NCBI GenBank assembly: GCA_944389645.1
Contig: CALXMZ010000023.1
Span: forward strand, 7,445 to 71,444
Direction: 5' to 3'
Source: an uncultured Alphaproteobacteria bacterium
GTDB taxonomy: Bacteria > Pseudomonadota > Alphaproteobacteria > Rs-D84
DNA length: 64,000 bases
In this document: positions 29,533 to 39,209 of the stretch, in pieces
Position numbering within the stretch: the first letter of the stretch is position 1
Layout of the letters: the number at the start of each line of letters is the position of its first letter
Made by a program: the position numbers and the translations under genes
The notes under the pieces: model-generated
The model's database searches: none
What the model was told of the DNA's origin: nothing
The model's input: only the letters and a program-made list of their open reading frames with translations

Positions 29533-30586
29533 TTTTTATCAATATGAACAACAATATTACAAATAATATTAATAAACTAATACTTAATAACCCAAGCTCT
29601 GTAACGCTACTTATCATATTAGACGTGGACATAAATAACGACATAACCACGGCCATTGCAACAACCGCTAAAGCAGGAGCCATACTTGCGCGACGTCTTA
29701 ACAAAGATGTTTTTAGTAAAAAGACCGTGCATATTAAAGCTAAAATTAAATTCATAAAAGGAGACAAAAATCTGCTACAAATTTCTGCTAAAACCATTTT
29801 ATGTTGTTTTTCTGAAGGAGAGTCTAAAATCGTTTTTATCAGGGTATAAGTCGGTATTCTACGAACTTTGAAGACGGAATCACCTTCTTTATCTGCTACG
29901 TTTAAATCCATATCAAAACTTTTAAACGTACCGGAAGTCATGGTTGAGCCGTTCGTCTGTAATGAACCGTTGGTCATTACTATAGATAGTCCTCTCATTG
30001 TAGAAACGAGCTTTCCTTTTTCTGCAAATATTGTAAGAGGGCTTTTTTCGTCTCTCATATCAGATAACATTACTTGTGATAGGTCATGTCCGGAAACTTT
30101 ATCAACGTACACAACTAAACCGTCTGCTAATTGAGTAAATGCTGCTTCTTGTAGTTTCATATGCGCTAAACCGTATCTAAGATTCCATTGAGTACTATAA
30201 AATTGTGATTGAGTTATCGGTACAATCCACAAAGTTAGGGTTAAATGAAGCGTTGTCAATATTGTTGCAAGTATTAAAGCAGGTTTTGCAATTTGATATG
30301 GGGAAAGCCCAGAAGATGCCATAACAGTAACTTCGTTATCTGATATTAATTTATTGTATATAAAGATTATAGCTATGAAAGTAACGAATGGGATAATTAT
30401 TGATATTATAAATGGCACCATAAGTATTGTAAGGCCTAAGAAACTTGTTAAATTTATCCCATAATTTAGTAAAAATTTCATCATGGTCATAATTTGTATC
30501 ATCCAAGCTAAACCAGTCAAAACCAGTAATAGCATGATAAAAATTGCGACCAGTTGGCGCAAAAAATATTTATTTAGTATTTTCAT
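29525..30586 (-). CDS. LPS export permease LptF/LptG family
   Basis: YjgP/YjgQ-type 6-TM protein; the start is set at MKILNKYFLRQL. Confidence 0.8.
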   Translation of the reverse strand: MKILNKYFLRQLVAIFIMLLLVLTGLAWMIQIMTMMKFLLNYGINLTSFLGLTILMVPFIISIIIPFVTFIAIIFIYNKLISDNEVTVMASSGLSPYQIAKPALILATILTTLHLTLTLWIVPITQSQFYSTQWNLRYGLAHMKLQEAAFTQLADGLVVYVDKVSGHDLSQVMLSDMRDEKSPLTIFAEKGKLVSTMRGLSIVMTNGSLQTNGSTMTSGTFKSFDMDLNVADKEGDSVFKVRRIPTYTLIKTILDSPSEKQHKMVLAEICSRFLSPFMNLILALICTVFLLKTSLLRRRASMAPALAVVAMAVVMSLFMSTSNMISSVTELGLLSISLLILFVILLFILIKND

Positions 30587-30729
30587 ATTTTGCAGTATAA
30601 AGCCCAAAAACGAAAGCGTCAAATACAAATAACATAAAATTTCTTAGTTTTTTTCAAAAATATTATAAAAAACTTGCATTTTTAGTGATTCGGTGGTAAT
30701 AATCTAAATGTTCTTAAAAAAAGTTTTTA

Positions 30730-30757
30730 AGAGCGGGGTTGAAAGACCCCGCTCTTT
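30730..30757. promoter_or_regulatory. GC-rich 11-bp stem-loop in the divergent lptF/G-nusA intergenic region
   Basis: aagagcggggt-tgaaag-accccgctctt, 30 nt upstream of the nusA ATG. Confidence 0.4.
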
Positions 30758-30786
30758 CAATAAAAATAAAAATAAGGAGAAAGCAT

Positions 30787-32322
30787 ATGTCTTTTGTTTC
30801 TATGCCACGTCAGGATTTGTTATTGGCGATTGATTCTCTGGCGCAAGAGAAGCAGATTGAACGTGATATCGTCATAGAGTCTTTAGAAGCAGCGATTGCG
30901 AAAATTGCTAAACACAAATATGGTGAAGAATTTAACATTGTCGCGGAAATAGATCGTAAGAATGGTTCAATACATGTAAAGCGTTTATTTGAGGTTATTG
31001 AATCCCCAGAGGCAAAGGGTGAAGATTACGATGCGAATACGATGCTTACGGTATCTCAGGCAAAGAAATATGCAACCGATCCGAAAGTTGGTGACGTTGT
31101 TGAAGATAGGTTACCAGAACCAGAATTTGGTAGAATGGCATTTCAGACGGCTCGTCAGATAATGACTGCACGCGTTCGTGATGCTGAAAAGGGTCGGCAG
31201 TATGAAGAATTTAAAGATAATATCGGTGACATTGTAAGTGGGGTTGTTAAGCGTATAGAGTTTGGCAACGTTTTTGTAGATATAAATGGTAAGGCGGAAG
31301 GTTATATTAAAGGAACAGAGCTTATCCCAGGTGAACGTTTGGCAGTTGGTGATCGCGTTCGTGCATTGATTATGGATGTATCGCGTTCTAATTCTGGACC
31401 ACAGATTTTCTTAACAAGAACTCATCCCATGTTTATGGAGAAATTATTTGTTCAGGAAGTTCCAGAAATTTATGAAGGCATAATTAAAATTAAATCGGTT
31501 GCACGTGCACCTGGTAGTCATGCCAAAATAGCAGTTGAAACACAAGATCCTTCAATTGATGCGGTAGGTATGACTGTCGGTATAAAAGGTACAAGAATAC
31601 AACCCGTAATAAACGAATGTCATGGTGAAAAAATTGACGTTATTTTATATTCTGAAGATCCTGCAGTATTCATTGTAAACGCAATGCAGCCAGCAAAAGT
31701 TGCAAAGATAATTGTGGATGAAGATACGCGTAGCGCAGCGATTGTTGTTAACGAAGATCAACAGTCTTTAGCAATCGGGCGTCGCGGTCAGAACGTTAGA
31801 CTGGCTTCACAGTTAACTGGTTGGAATATTGATGTTATGAGTGAAAAAGAAGAACAAGAACGTAGAGCTAAAGAAGTAAAAGAAAAGACGGAACTATTCA
31901 TTCGCGGTTTAGACGTTGATGAAATGTTGGCTCATTTGTTAATAACAGAAGGGTTCAGAACGATAGAAGAAATCGCGTTCGTTGATGTCGGTGAATTAGA
32001 AAGCATTGAAGGTTTTAATGCAGAGTTAGCGGTAGAGTTACAGAACCGTGCAAAAGATTATTTAGTAAAACAGGAAAACGAATATAAAGAAGAGGGTCAT
32101 AAACTAGGTATGAAAGATGATTTATTAAACTTTGACTTTATAAAACGCCCTGTAATAATGGAATTAGGTAAATCTGGTATAAAATCTTTAGAAGATTTGG
32201 CTGATTTGTCTACGGACGAGTTAGTAGAAATTTTGGGTGAAGATACGATGAGTTCTCGTTTAGCCGGTCGCGTAATAATGAAGGCTCGTGAATTAGTGTA
32301 CGGTATAACGCAGGGGGAATAA
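30787..32322 (+). CDS. nusA: transcription termination/antitermination factor NusA
   Basis: S1 and KH domains and AGGAG RBS. The ORF-track N-terminal extension is rejected. Confidence 0.9.
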   Translation: MSFVSMPRQDLLLAIDSLAQEKQIERDIVIESLEAAIAKIAKHKYGEEFNIVAEIDRKNGSIHVKRLFEVIESPEAKGEDYDANTMLTVSQAKKYATDPKVGDVVEDRLPEPEFGRMAFQTARQIMTARVRDAEKGRQYEEFKDNIGDIVSGVVKRIEFGNVFVDINGKAEGYIKGTELIPGERLAVGDRVRALIMDVSRSNSGPQIFLTRTHPMFMEKLFVQEVPEIYEGIIKIKSVARAPGSHAKIAVETQDPSIDAVGMTVGIKGTRIQPVINECHGEKIDVILYSEDPAVFIVNAMQPAKVAKIIVDEDTRSAAIVVNEDQQSLAIGRRGQNVRLASQLTGWNIDVMSEKEEQERRAKEVKEKTELFIRGLDVDEMLAHLLITEGFRTIEEIAFVDVGELESIEGFNAELAVELQNRAKDYLVKQENEYKEEGHKLGMKDDLLNFDFIKRPVIMELGKSGIKSLEDLADLSTDELVEILGEDTMSSRLAGRVIMKARELVYGITQGE

Positions 32323-32365
32323 AGCGTTATTAAATTTAGTTTTTTAAGAAACTTAAGGGTAAAAC

Positions 32366-34750
32366 ATGGCAACATTAACACTTGGTAAATCAGTAACGGT
32401 AGATGCGGTGCATAGTAAAAAGGGTGACGCTGTATTTGTTGAAAGGCGTCGTCGGGTAGTTGCACCGGGAAGCAAAGAATTACGTGAAGAACCTATTACT
32501 CCATCTGCACCGCGTAATGCAGCGGATGAGAAGTTAAGGGCCGTGTTAGAAGCTGCGCGCGCAAGGGAAGAGGAAAGGAAAAAGAGAGAAGACGAAGAAA
32601 AAGCGTTACGTGCTGCACGCGAAGCAGAGATAGAACGAGAAAATCGTGAATATGAGCAGGTTAAAGAACAGCTTGCAGCGCGAGAAAGCAACGTCATCGT
32701 GCAGGAAGAAGAAAAAAAACAAACTGTTTTACCGCAGAAAAAGCACGAGTCTCAGCAGTTTAATTCTAGAAGCAGGCAAAATAGAGATGAAGAAGACGAA
32801 ATAAGAACTTCGAAATCTAGTGGTTTTAAAAAAGATTTTAAGAAGACCGGTAAAATATCTTTACATGACATAGTAATCGGTGATGGTGAAGACGAAGATG
32901 AAATTGGGTTGCGTGGGGCAAATCGTCGCAGATCGGAAGCTTCGTTAAAGCGTTTTAGAGAAAAAGCAAGGGCGGTATTTTCTGCACCGCAGAAGGTAGA
33001 ACATGTGGTTACGCTTAGTGACACGATAACAGTAAAAGATTTAGCAGCTGCTATGGCAGAAAAAGTTGGTAACGTGATAAAGAAGCTAATGGAAATGGGG
33101 ATGATGGCTTCACAGAATCAATCTATTGATGCGGATACGGCAGAGCTAATTGCAGGTGAATTCGGAGCAAAAGTAAGACGCGTTGATGTTAAACCGTATG
33201 CAGAACTATTAGAGCGAGAACCAGATCCGAATAAATTACAGCATCGTGCACCAGTTGTAACTGTTGTAGGTCACGTTGATCATGGGAAGACGTCTTTATT
33301 AGACGCGTTTCGTAATGCAAATGTTGTTGCGCGTGAAGCTGGTGGAATAACGCAGCACGTTTCTGCTTATGAGGTAAAGACTAAGTCTGGGCAGATGATT
33401 ACATTTTTAGACACTCCCGGTCACGAGACTTTTACTGCGATGCGTGCGCGTGGTGCGCAAATGGCTGATATCGTAGTTTTAGTTGTGGCAGCAAATGATT
33501 CTATTATGCCTCAGACCATAGAAGCTATAAATCATATTCGTGCTGCGAAAGTACCTTTTATCGTGGCCATTAATAAAATTGATTTACCAGAAGCGAATGC
33601 TCAGCGTGTAAAAATGGATTTATTACAGCAGGAAGTTCAAGTAGAAGAAATGGGGGGAGACATTCAATGTGTTGAAATTTCTGCGCTAAAACACATAGGT
33701 TTAGATAAACTTGAAGAAGCAATTCTGTTGCAGGCGGAATTGATGGATTTAAAAGCGGATCCGGATATGCCTGCTGTTGCGTATGTTGTTGAAGCGAAAA
33801 TGGAAAAAGGACTTGGAGCAGTTGCCACAGTATTAATGCGTCAAGGTACATTATCTATAGGGGACGTGTTCGTAGCCGGTGAAACTTTCGGGCGCGTAAG
33901 AGGGTTGATAAGTTCTTCTGGTGAAAGGGTAAAATCGGTAAAACCGGGGCAGCCGGCAGTAGTATTAGGTTTTAATTCTGTTCCTTGTGCAGGTGATGAT
34001 CTACATGTTATGGAAACGGAAGCTCAAACGCGAGAAGTTGCTTCTTATAGAGTTCAGAAAGCTAAGGATAAGGCGAACGCCGTTAAAAGATCTTCTTTAG
34101 AAGAGTTATTTGCAAAGCGTGATGAAAATAAAAAATTAGTTTTACCTATTGTACTACGTGCAGATGTTCAAGGTAGCGTGGAAGCTATTAATGATATGTT
34201 GAAAGAGATTAATACGGATAAAGTCGGGGTGGAGGTATTATCTTCTGGAGTAGGGCAGATCACAGAAGGAGATATACGTTTAGCGACCGCGTCTGGGGCC
34301 GTAATAATAGCTTTTAACGTTCGTGCAGATAGTATGGTTAGAGACATGGCAAGATCTAATGGTGTCGATATAAGGTACCATAGCGTTGTATATCGTATAA
34401 CTGACGAGATAAAAGAGATTCTTTCTGGTAAATTAGCACCAGAGAAGAAAGAGAATTTTATTGGTTATGCAGATGTTATAGCATTATTTACTGTTGGTAA
34501 GGGTATAAAAGTGGCGGGTTGTCGCGTGTCAGAAGGTGTTATCAAGAAAGATGCTTTTGTGCGTCTTTTGCGTAACAACGTAGTTATATACGACGGTAAA
34601 ATCGGTGAATTACGTCGTGAGAAAAATGAGGTTAAAGAAGTTATCGGTTCAGGTGTTGAATTTGGTATGTCTTTTGATAAATACAACGATCTGAAAGAGG
34701 GGGATCGGGTCGAATGTTATGAAGTTCAAGAAGTTCGGGCAAAGTTATAA
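32366..34750 (+). CDS. infB: translation initiation factor IF-2
   Basis: GTPase G1-G4 (GHVDHGKTSLLD, DTPGHE, NKID) and the IF-2 C-terminal domains. Confidence 0.95.
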   Translation: MATLTLGKSVTVDAVHSKKGDAVFVERRRRVVAPGSKELREEPITPSAPRNAADEKLRAVLEAARAREEERKKREDEEKALRAAREAEIERENREYEQVKEQLAARESNVIVQEEEKKQTVLPQKKHESQQFNSRSRQNRDEEDEIRTSKSSGFKKDFKKTGKISLHDIVIGDGEDEDEIGLRGANRRRSEASLKRFREKARAVFSAPQKVEHVVTLSDTITVKDLAAAMAEKVGNVIKKLMEMGMMASQNQSIDADTAELIAGEFGAKVRRVDVKPYAELLEREPDPNKLQHRAPVVTVVGHVDHGKTSLLDAFRNANVVAREAGGITQHVSAYEVKTKSGQMITFLDTPGHETFTAMRARGAQMADIVVLVVAANDSIMPQTIEAINHIRAAKVPFIVAINKIDLPEANAQRVKMDLLQQEVQVEEMGGDIQCVEISALKHIGLDKLEEAILLQAELMDLKADPDMPAVAYVVEAKMEKGLGAVATVLMRQGTLSIGDVFVAGETFGRVRGLISSSGERVKSVKPGQPAVVLGFNSVPCAGDDLHVMETEAQTREVASYRVQKAKDKANAVKRSSLEELFAKRDENKKLVLPIVLRADVQGSVEAINDMLKEINTDKVGVEVLSSGVGQITEGDIRLATASGAVIIAFNVRADSMVRDMARSNGVDIRYHSVVYRITDEIKEILSGKLAPEKKENFIGYADVIALFTVGKGIKVAGCRVSEGVIKKDAFVRLLRNNVVIYDGKIGELRREKNEVKEVIGSGVEFGMSFDKYNDLKEGDRVECYEVQEVRAKL

Positions 34751-34774
34751 CTTATTATATATTTTCTACGTATA

Positions 34775-34803
34775 AAAATGACCTGTTTTAAACAGGTCAT
34801 TTA
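34775..34803. terminator. hairpin between convergent infB and der
   Basis: aaaaatgacctgttttaaaacaggtcattt. Confidence 0.45.
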
Positions 34804-34831
34804 CTATGTCGGTACGGATTGATATTTATTA

Positions 34832-36157
34832 TCAATCAAATGGATTATCATCTTTTTTATACTCTATTACAATAGGTAGATGTTCCCATTTTAAAGCTTG
34901 GGCTAAACCGCGTCGTATATACCTTGTATAAGATTCTGGTATATCTGATGCCCCACCTACGTTTATTGTTATTTTCATAGGATGATGTCCCGTCTGCCTA
35001 GCAAATTTTATTTTCATGGGTCGTTTTAATCTAGACATAGGTGGTTGGCGTGTTTCAATAAGTTTTTCTATAATTTTATTAATCAAACTTGTCGGTGCAT
35101 CACTATTTGATATATCATATTGTTCATAAATTCTTTTAAACATATTTTTTACACCCGAACCTTTTTCTGCAGATATTGCAAGTATCATAGGTTTTATTAT
35201 TTGATGGTACGAGTTAGTAAATTGATGTTTTAATTTTAATAATTTTTCATCGCGTTCTTCTGCGTCTATCAAATCCCATTTGTTTAGGGCAACGCATAAA
35301 ATTTTACCGGCGTCATACACGCGTGCAGCTATTCCAAGAGCCTGATTTTCTATGTTTTTAGTTGCATCAACGACTAGAATTACTACGTCCGCTTTTTCAA
35401 TTGCATCTAAAGATTTTAGTGCAGATAATGTTTCAACATCATCTTTTACATTAGATTTTCTTCTTAAACCTGCTGTATCCATTAGAATTATATTGCGACC
35501 GTAAAAAGTCGTTGGTATTTTTACTGTATCTCTAGTTATACCTGGTTCGTCCATAACTATTTGGCGATTTTCACCAAGTACTTTGTTTACAAGAGTCGAT
35601 TTACCTACGTTTGGTTGCCCCAGTACAGCGATTTTTATTTGGTTTGAATTCATTTGTTCTTGTGAACTTTCTGTATCATTTATTCCTTCAAGGAATCGGT
35701 AAATTTCATCAAAACCGATTTTATGTTCTGCAGATATAGTAACTGGTTTCCCGAAACCGAGTTTATAAAAATCATGTATATCAGACAACCGTTTTTCAGA
35801 TTCTGTCTTATTTACTAGTAATAACACAGGAGCTTTTGTCTTGCGACGTACTAATTTTGCCCATTCAATATCTTCACTGGTAAGTCCTGTACGTCCATCT
35901 ACGACGAATAATATTGCATCAGAAATTGTTATCGCATTTATTGCAGAATTCGTAGAATTTAATGAGATCGCATTTTTTGTATTTTCTAAACCTGCTGTAT
36001 CAAATATTTTATATGGTTTTTCGCGTACTATGCCTTCTATGGTATCACGCGTTACCCCTGGTCTATCATGAACCAGAGCGTCACGGGAACCCGTTAAGGC
36101 GTTAAACAAAGTCGATTTTCCTGTATTTGGTCGACCGGCAATAGTTATTTTAATCAT
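34832..36157 (-). CDS. der: ribosome-associated GTPase Der/EngA (tandem GTPase domains plus KH-like domain)
   Basis: Two Walker A motifs (GRPNTGKSTLFN, GQPNVGKSTLVN); start at MIKITIAG. Confidence 0.9.
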   Translation of the reverse strand: MIKITIAGRPNTGKSTLFNALTGSRDALVHDRPGVTRDTIEGIVREKPYKIFDTAGLENTKNAISLNSTNSAINAITISDAILFVVDGRTGLTSEDIEWAKLVRRKTKAPVLLLVNKTESEKRLSDIHDFYKLGFGKPVTISAEHKIGFDEIYRFLEGINDTESSQEQMNSNQIKIAVLGQPNVGKSTLVNKVLGENRQIVMDEPGITRDTVKIPTTFYGRNIILMDTAGLRRKSNVKDDVETLSALKSLDAIEKADVVILVVDATKNIENQALGIAARVYDAGKILCVALNKWDLIDAEERDEKLLKLKHQFTNSYHQIIKPMILAISAEKGSGVKNMFKRIYEQYDISNSDAPTSLINKIIEKLIETRQPPMSRLKRPMKIKFARQTGHHPMKITINVGGASDIPESYTRYIRRGLAQALKWEHLPIVIEYKKDDNPFD

Positions 36158-36224
36158 TACTTTTTCCGTTGATTTTTTTTTATTATAAAGCAAAAATATA
36201 AATAATCAAATAAAGGTATTAAAC

Positions 36225-36818
36225 ATGGATAAAATCAAAACGGCACTAAAACACATAAAAGATATAGTTATAAAACCAAAGCGTTATTTTACGAAAATCG
36301 TTGCTGATGGTAATATGGAAGAAGCGATGTTGAAAGCCTTTATTTATGGGCTTTTAGGTGGTTGCTTGGTGCTTTTATTACGTTTAATAGGGGGGGCAAC
36401 AATAACTATAAGCGCTTTATTTACAGCGATAATAATTGTACCTGTCTTAGCTGTCGCTTTACTATTTATAATGGGCGGTTTGCTAATGTTAGTCTCTGAG
36501 ATTACCGGTGGTGAACGGGATTGGGAAATTGCTATAAAAGGTTTAGCGTCTGTATTCTTTATTTATCCGGTTATATTGGTTTTAAACGCTTTAGCCTTTA
36601 ATTGTACGTCTATGTGGATTATCAGTTTATTAGTTGATGTTTATGTTTTGTTCCTATTTTATAATATTTCTTTGTATTGTATGCGCGGAAAGAAAATTAA
36701 TGTTATAATCGTTATAAGTATATTAGCTTTATTCTTAGCAACAGTATATGCAACAGATTATCATATTGGTTGGTTTATGTTGAAGAACACTAGCGCAACA
36801 TTATCTTGTTTGTTGTAA
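36225..36818 (+). CDS. Yip1-family integral membrane protein
   Basis: Five predicted TM helices after an N-terminal KPKRYF segment. Confidence 0.6.
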   Translation: MDKIKTALKHIKDIVIKPKRYFTKIVADGNMEEAMLKAFIYGLLGGCLVLLLRLIGGATITISALFTAIIIVPVLAVALLFIMGGLLMLVSEITGGERDWEIAIKGLASVFFIYPVILVLNALAFNCTSMWIISLLVDVYVLFLFYNISLYCMRGKKINVIIVISILALFLATVYATDYHIGWFMLKNTSATLSCLL

Positions 36819-36841
36819 AATAAAATATTTACATAAGTTTT

Positions 36842-37570
36842 TTATTTTATATAAGAACCATTTATTGCATCAATTTTCTGTTTCCCGATGGTTATTATTT
36901 TATCGCTATAGAAAGGTTCTTTTTGTTCGTTAACCTTAGTTTTCCAATATGCTGTACCGTCAGAATTTCTTATAGCATATAAATACTCATCTGTTGCAAC
37001 AACAAAACTTACTTTTTCTGTTACGATGAACGGTACTGCAACACCGATTGGTATGCACCATTTTTTATCACCAGAAGAAGTTTTAATTTTACAGAAAGCG
37101 TCTCCCAATCCACCTGCATAAATATAGTTGTCTTTTATTACAATCGGAGCAACTATATCCAATATAGAAGATCCCCCCGTCATATTACTTGCTTGATATA
37201 TATCTGCAATCCATAATATTTTTTTATTACTAGGGTTTACTTTTACTAATTCCCCAGTTGTTAAACCTGCGTAAACATATTCGCCACTACATAATGGTTT
37301 CTGACTACTTTTTACATAATTGCTTGTAGGAAAACCACTAAATATTTTTTTATCCCCTTTCCAGACGACATTAGAAGAATCCTGGGTATAATCACATTTT
37401 TTTAAAGGTATTTCCTCAAGTTTATCCGGTAAATTTTCAATTGGTTCGTTTAATATCTGTAATTTTTCAGTTTCGAAAACGGCTGTACGCTTTCCTGGTA
37501 GAATAGGGTCATGCTTCGAACATGCGTTAAGTATTATCAAGCAAAGCATTAAAACAGCAATTTTCTGCAT
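36842..37570 (-). CDS. bamB: BamB-like PQQ-repeat beta-propeller lipoprotein (short, 242 aa)
   Basis: Lipobox LNAC; repeats VYAGLTTGELVKVNPSNKKILW / IYAGGLGDAFCKIKTSSGDKKW / LYAIRNSDGTAYW. The gene sits in the E. coli-like yfgM-bamB-der arrangement. Confidence 0.65.
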   Translation of the reverse strand: MQKIAVLMLCLIILNACSKHDPILPGKRTAVFETEKLQILNEPIENLPDKLEEIPLKKCDYTQDSSNVVWKGDKKIFSGFPTSNYVKSSQKPLCSGEYVYAGLTTGELVKVNPSNKKILWIADIYQASNMTGGSSILDIVAPIVIKDNYIYAGGLGDAFCKIKTSSGDKKWCIPIGVAVPFIVTEKVSFVVATDEYLYAIRNSDGTAYWKTKVNEQKEPFYSDKIITIGKQKIDAINGSYIK

Positions 37571-37579
37571 TTATTTTCC

Positions 37580-38230
37580 TTACCTTAAAGCTTGTGCGTT
37601 TGCAGATATTATATCTGGTGCATTTTCATCGTTTATTATTTCGTCTAAAAACTTATCGGCTACATCTTTCTGACCAGAGCTTAAATATTTCTGTGCTATT
37701 AATAACCGACTTGTATAGTAAAAAGGAGAAGATTTAGTATTAAGAGACGACAAGTATTTCTCTACTTGTTCTGCTGTCATATCGTCACCCTTAAGGCTTA
37801 TTATATGTAGTTTTGCTAGGTCACGGAAGTCTTTGGTATGACCTTTTTCTGCAAGTTCTTCTAGCTTTTCAATATCGTTATCTAACAAATAAGATTGAAA
37901 TAGAGCTAAATCAGACGTGGCCCCAGAAGTATTTTCTGCTAAAGAAGCTAAAGCCTTAACGTCAAAATTGTCTATTGCTGTTTCATAATTTGTAGCAATT
38001 GCTATTTTGTTACTACGATAAGTACGTACGCCTATTTGAATGGAGGTCGCAATTATAAGTATTAACAAAGCCCCTGCAATTAAATACTTATAATATTTTT
38101 TTATGAAAGCATGAGTTTTTTCGTTATTAACTTCTTCCCATACTTCTCTATAAAGAGCGTCTTCAGCGTATTCTTCGCGCGTTTTTTTCTTAGTTTTGAC
38201 ATTTTTGTTTCTTTCCAAAATTGACGCCAT
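37580..38230 (-). CDS. YfgM-like membrane-anchored TPR-like protein
   Basis: Single TM (YKYLIAGALLILIIATSIQ) with a helical periplasmic domain; synteny upstream of bamB. Confidence 0.6.
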   Translation of the reverse strand: MASILERNKNVKTKKKTREEYAEDALYREVWEEVNNEKTHAFIKKYYKYLIAGALLILIIATSIQIGVRTYRSNKIAIATNYETAIDNFDVKALASLAENTSGATSDLALFQSYLLDNDIEKLEELAEKGHTKDFRDLAKLHIISLKGDDMTAEQVEKYLSSLNTKSSPFYYTSRLLIAQKYLSSGQKDVADKFLDEIINDENAPDIISANAQALR

Positions 38231-38297
38231 GGAAAAATCTCCTGTATTATTTATGGTATCTTGATAAATCTTATTTTATTGGTATACTATAAAAGTT

Positions 38298-39206
38298 ATG
38301 AAAAAGCAAATCAAGAACACATTACCAGTTAGTCAGAACCAAAGTTTAATTACTGCTCGTGGGGTCAGTGATGAAGCTGGTCTGGCACAATATATTCAGA
38401 CCATTCAGAAATTCCCTATTTTAACTGCGCAAGAAGAGTATGAATATGCAAATAAATGGTTATTAAGTAAAGATAAAGACGCGGCTGAAAAGTTGTTAGC
38501 AAGTCATCTTAGGTTAGTTGTATCAGTTGCTTATGACTTTCGTAATTATGGGGTTCCCGTATCAGAATTAATTGCAAGTGGTAACATGGGGTTAATGCAA
38601 GCTTTACATAAATTTGATCCTGAAAAAGGTTTCAGGTTTTCCACGTACGCTATGTTTTGGATAAAAGCTGAGATATATGAGACTATTTTGAATAATTGGT
38701 CGATTGTGAAAATCGGTACGTCTGCGAATCAGAAGCGAGTATTTTTTAATTTATCACGTGCTAAACGTGCTCTTGGGATAATAGATAATAATTTATCAGA
38801 TGAACAGAGTCAGAAAATTGCAGATTATCTAAATGTTCCGGAAAACGACGTAAAAAAAATGGCGAAAAGAATGGGGGCAAGAGATTTATCTCTGAACGCA
38901 CCTGCGCATTCAGATGATACGGGCAAAGACGTTTTATCAAATATACCAGACGAAAAAATAGCTTTAGAAGATTCTATTGAACAATTAGAATTTAAACGTC
39001 GTGGGTATGAGTTATTAAGAAAGCACTTAGAATTATTGCCGGAAAGGGATAAAGAGATTTTAAAAGCTAGAAGATTATCGGATCCCGTTGTAACTTTAGA
39101 ATCATTGTCTAAGAAATATGGTATCTCGCGTGAGCGAGTAAGACAGATAGAAGAACGTGCATTTAAAAAATTACAAGAAGCTATTTTAAAAGAAACGCAA
39201 GGGTAA
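38298..39206 (+). CDS. rpoH: RNA polymerase sigma-32 factor RpoH
   Basis: Regions 2-4 of sigma70 and an RpoH box-like QKRVFFNLSRAKRAL. Confidence 0.9.
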   Translation: MKKQIKNTLPVSQNQSLITARGVSDEAGLAQYIQTIQKFPILTAQEEYEYANKWLLSKDKDAAEKLLASHLRLVVSVAYDFRNYGVPVSELIASGNMGLMQALHKFDPEKGFRFSTYAMFWIKAEIYETILNNWSIVKIGTSANQKRVFFNLSRAKRALGIIDNNLSDEQSQKIADYLNVPENDVKKMAKRMGARDLSLNAPAHSDDTGKDVLSNIPDEKIALEDSIEQLEFKRRGYELLRKHLELLPERDKEILKARRLSDPVVTLESLSKKYGISRERVRQIEERAFKKLQEAILKETQG

Positions 39207-39209
39207 GGT

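Noticed and set aside
30730-30757. nusA-upstream hairpin, considered as a rho-independent terminator
   Set aside because: The flanking genes are divergent, so there is nothing to terminate. It is kept as a regulatory or structural element.
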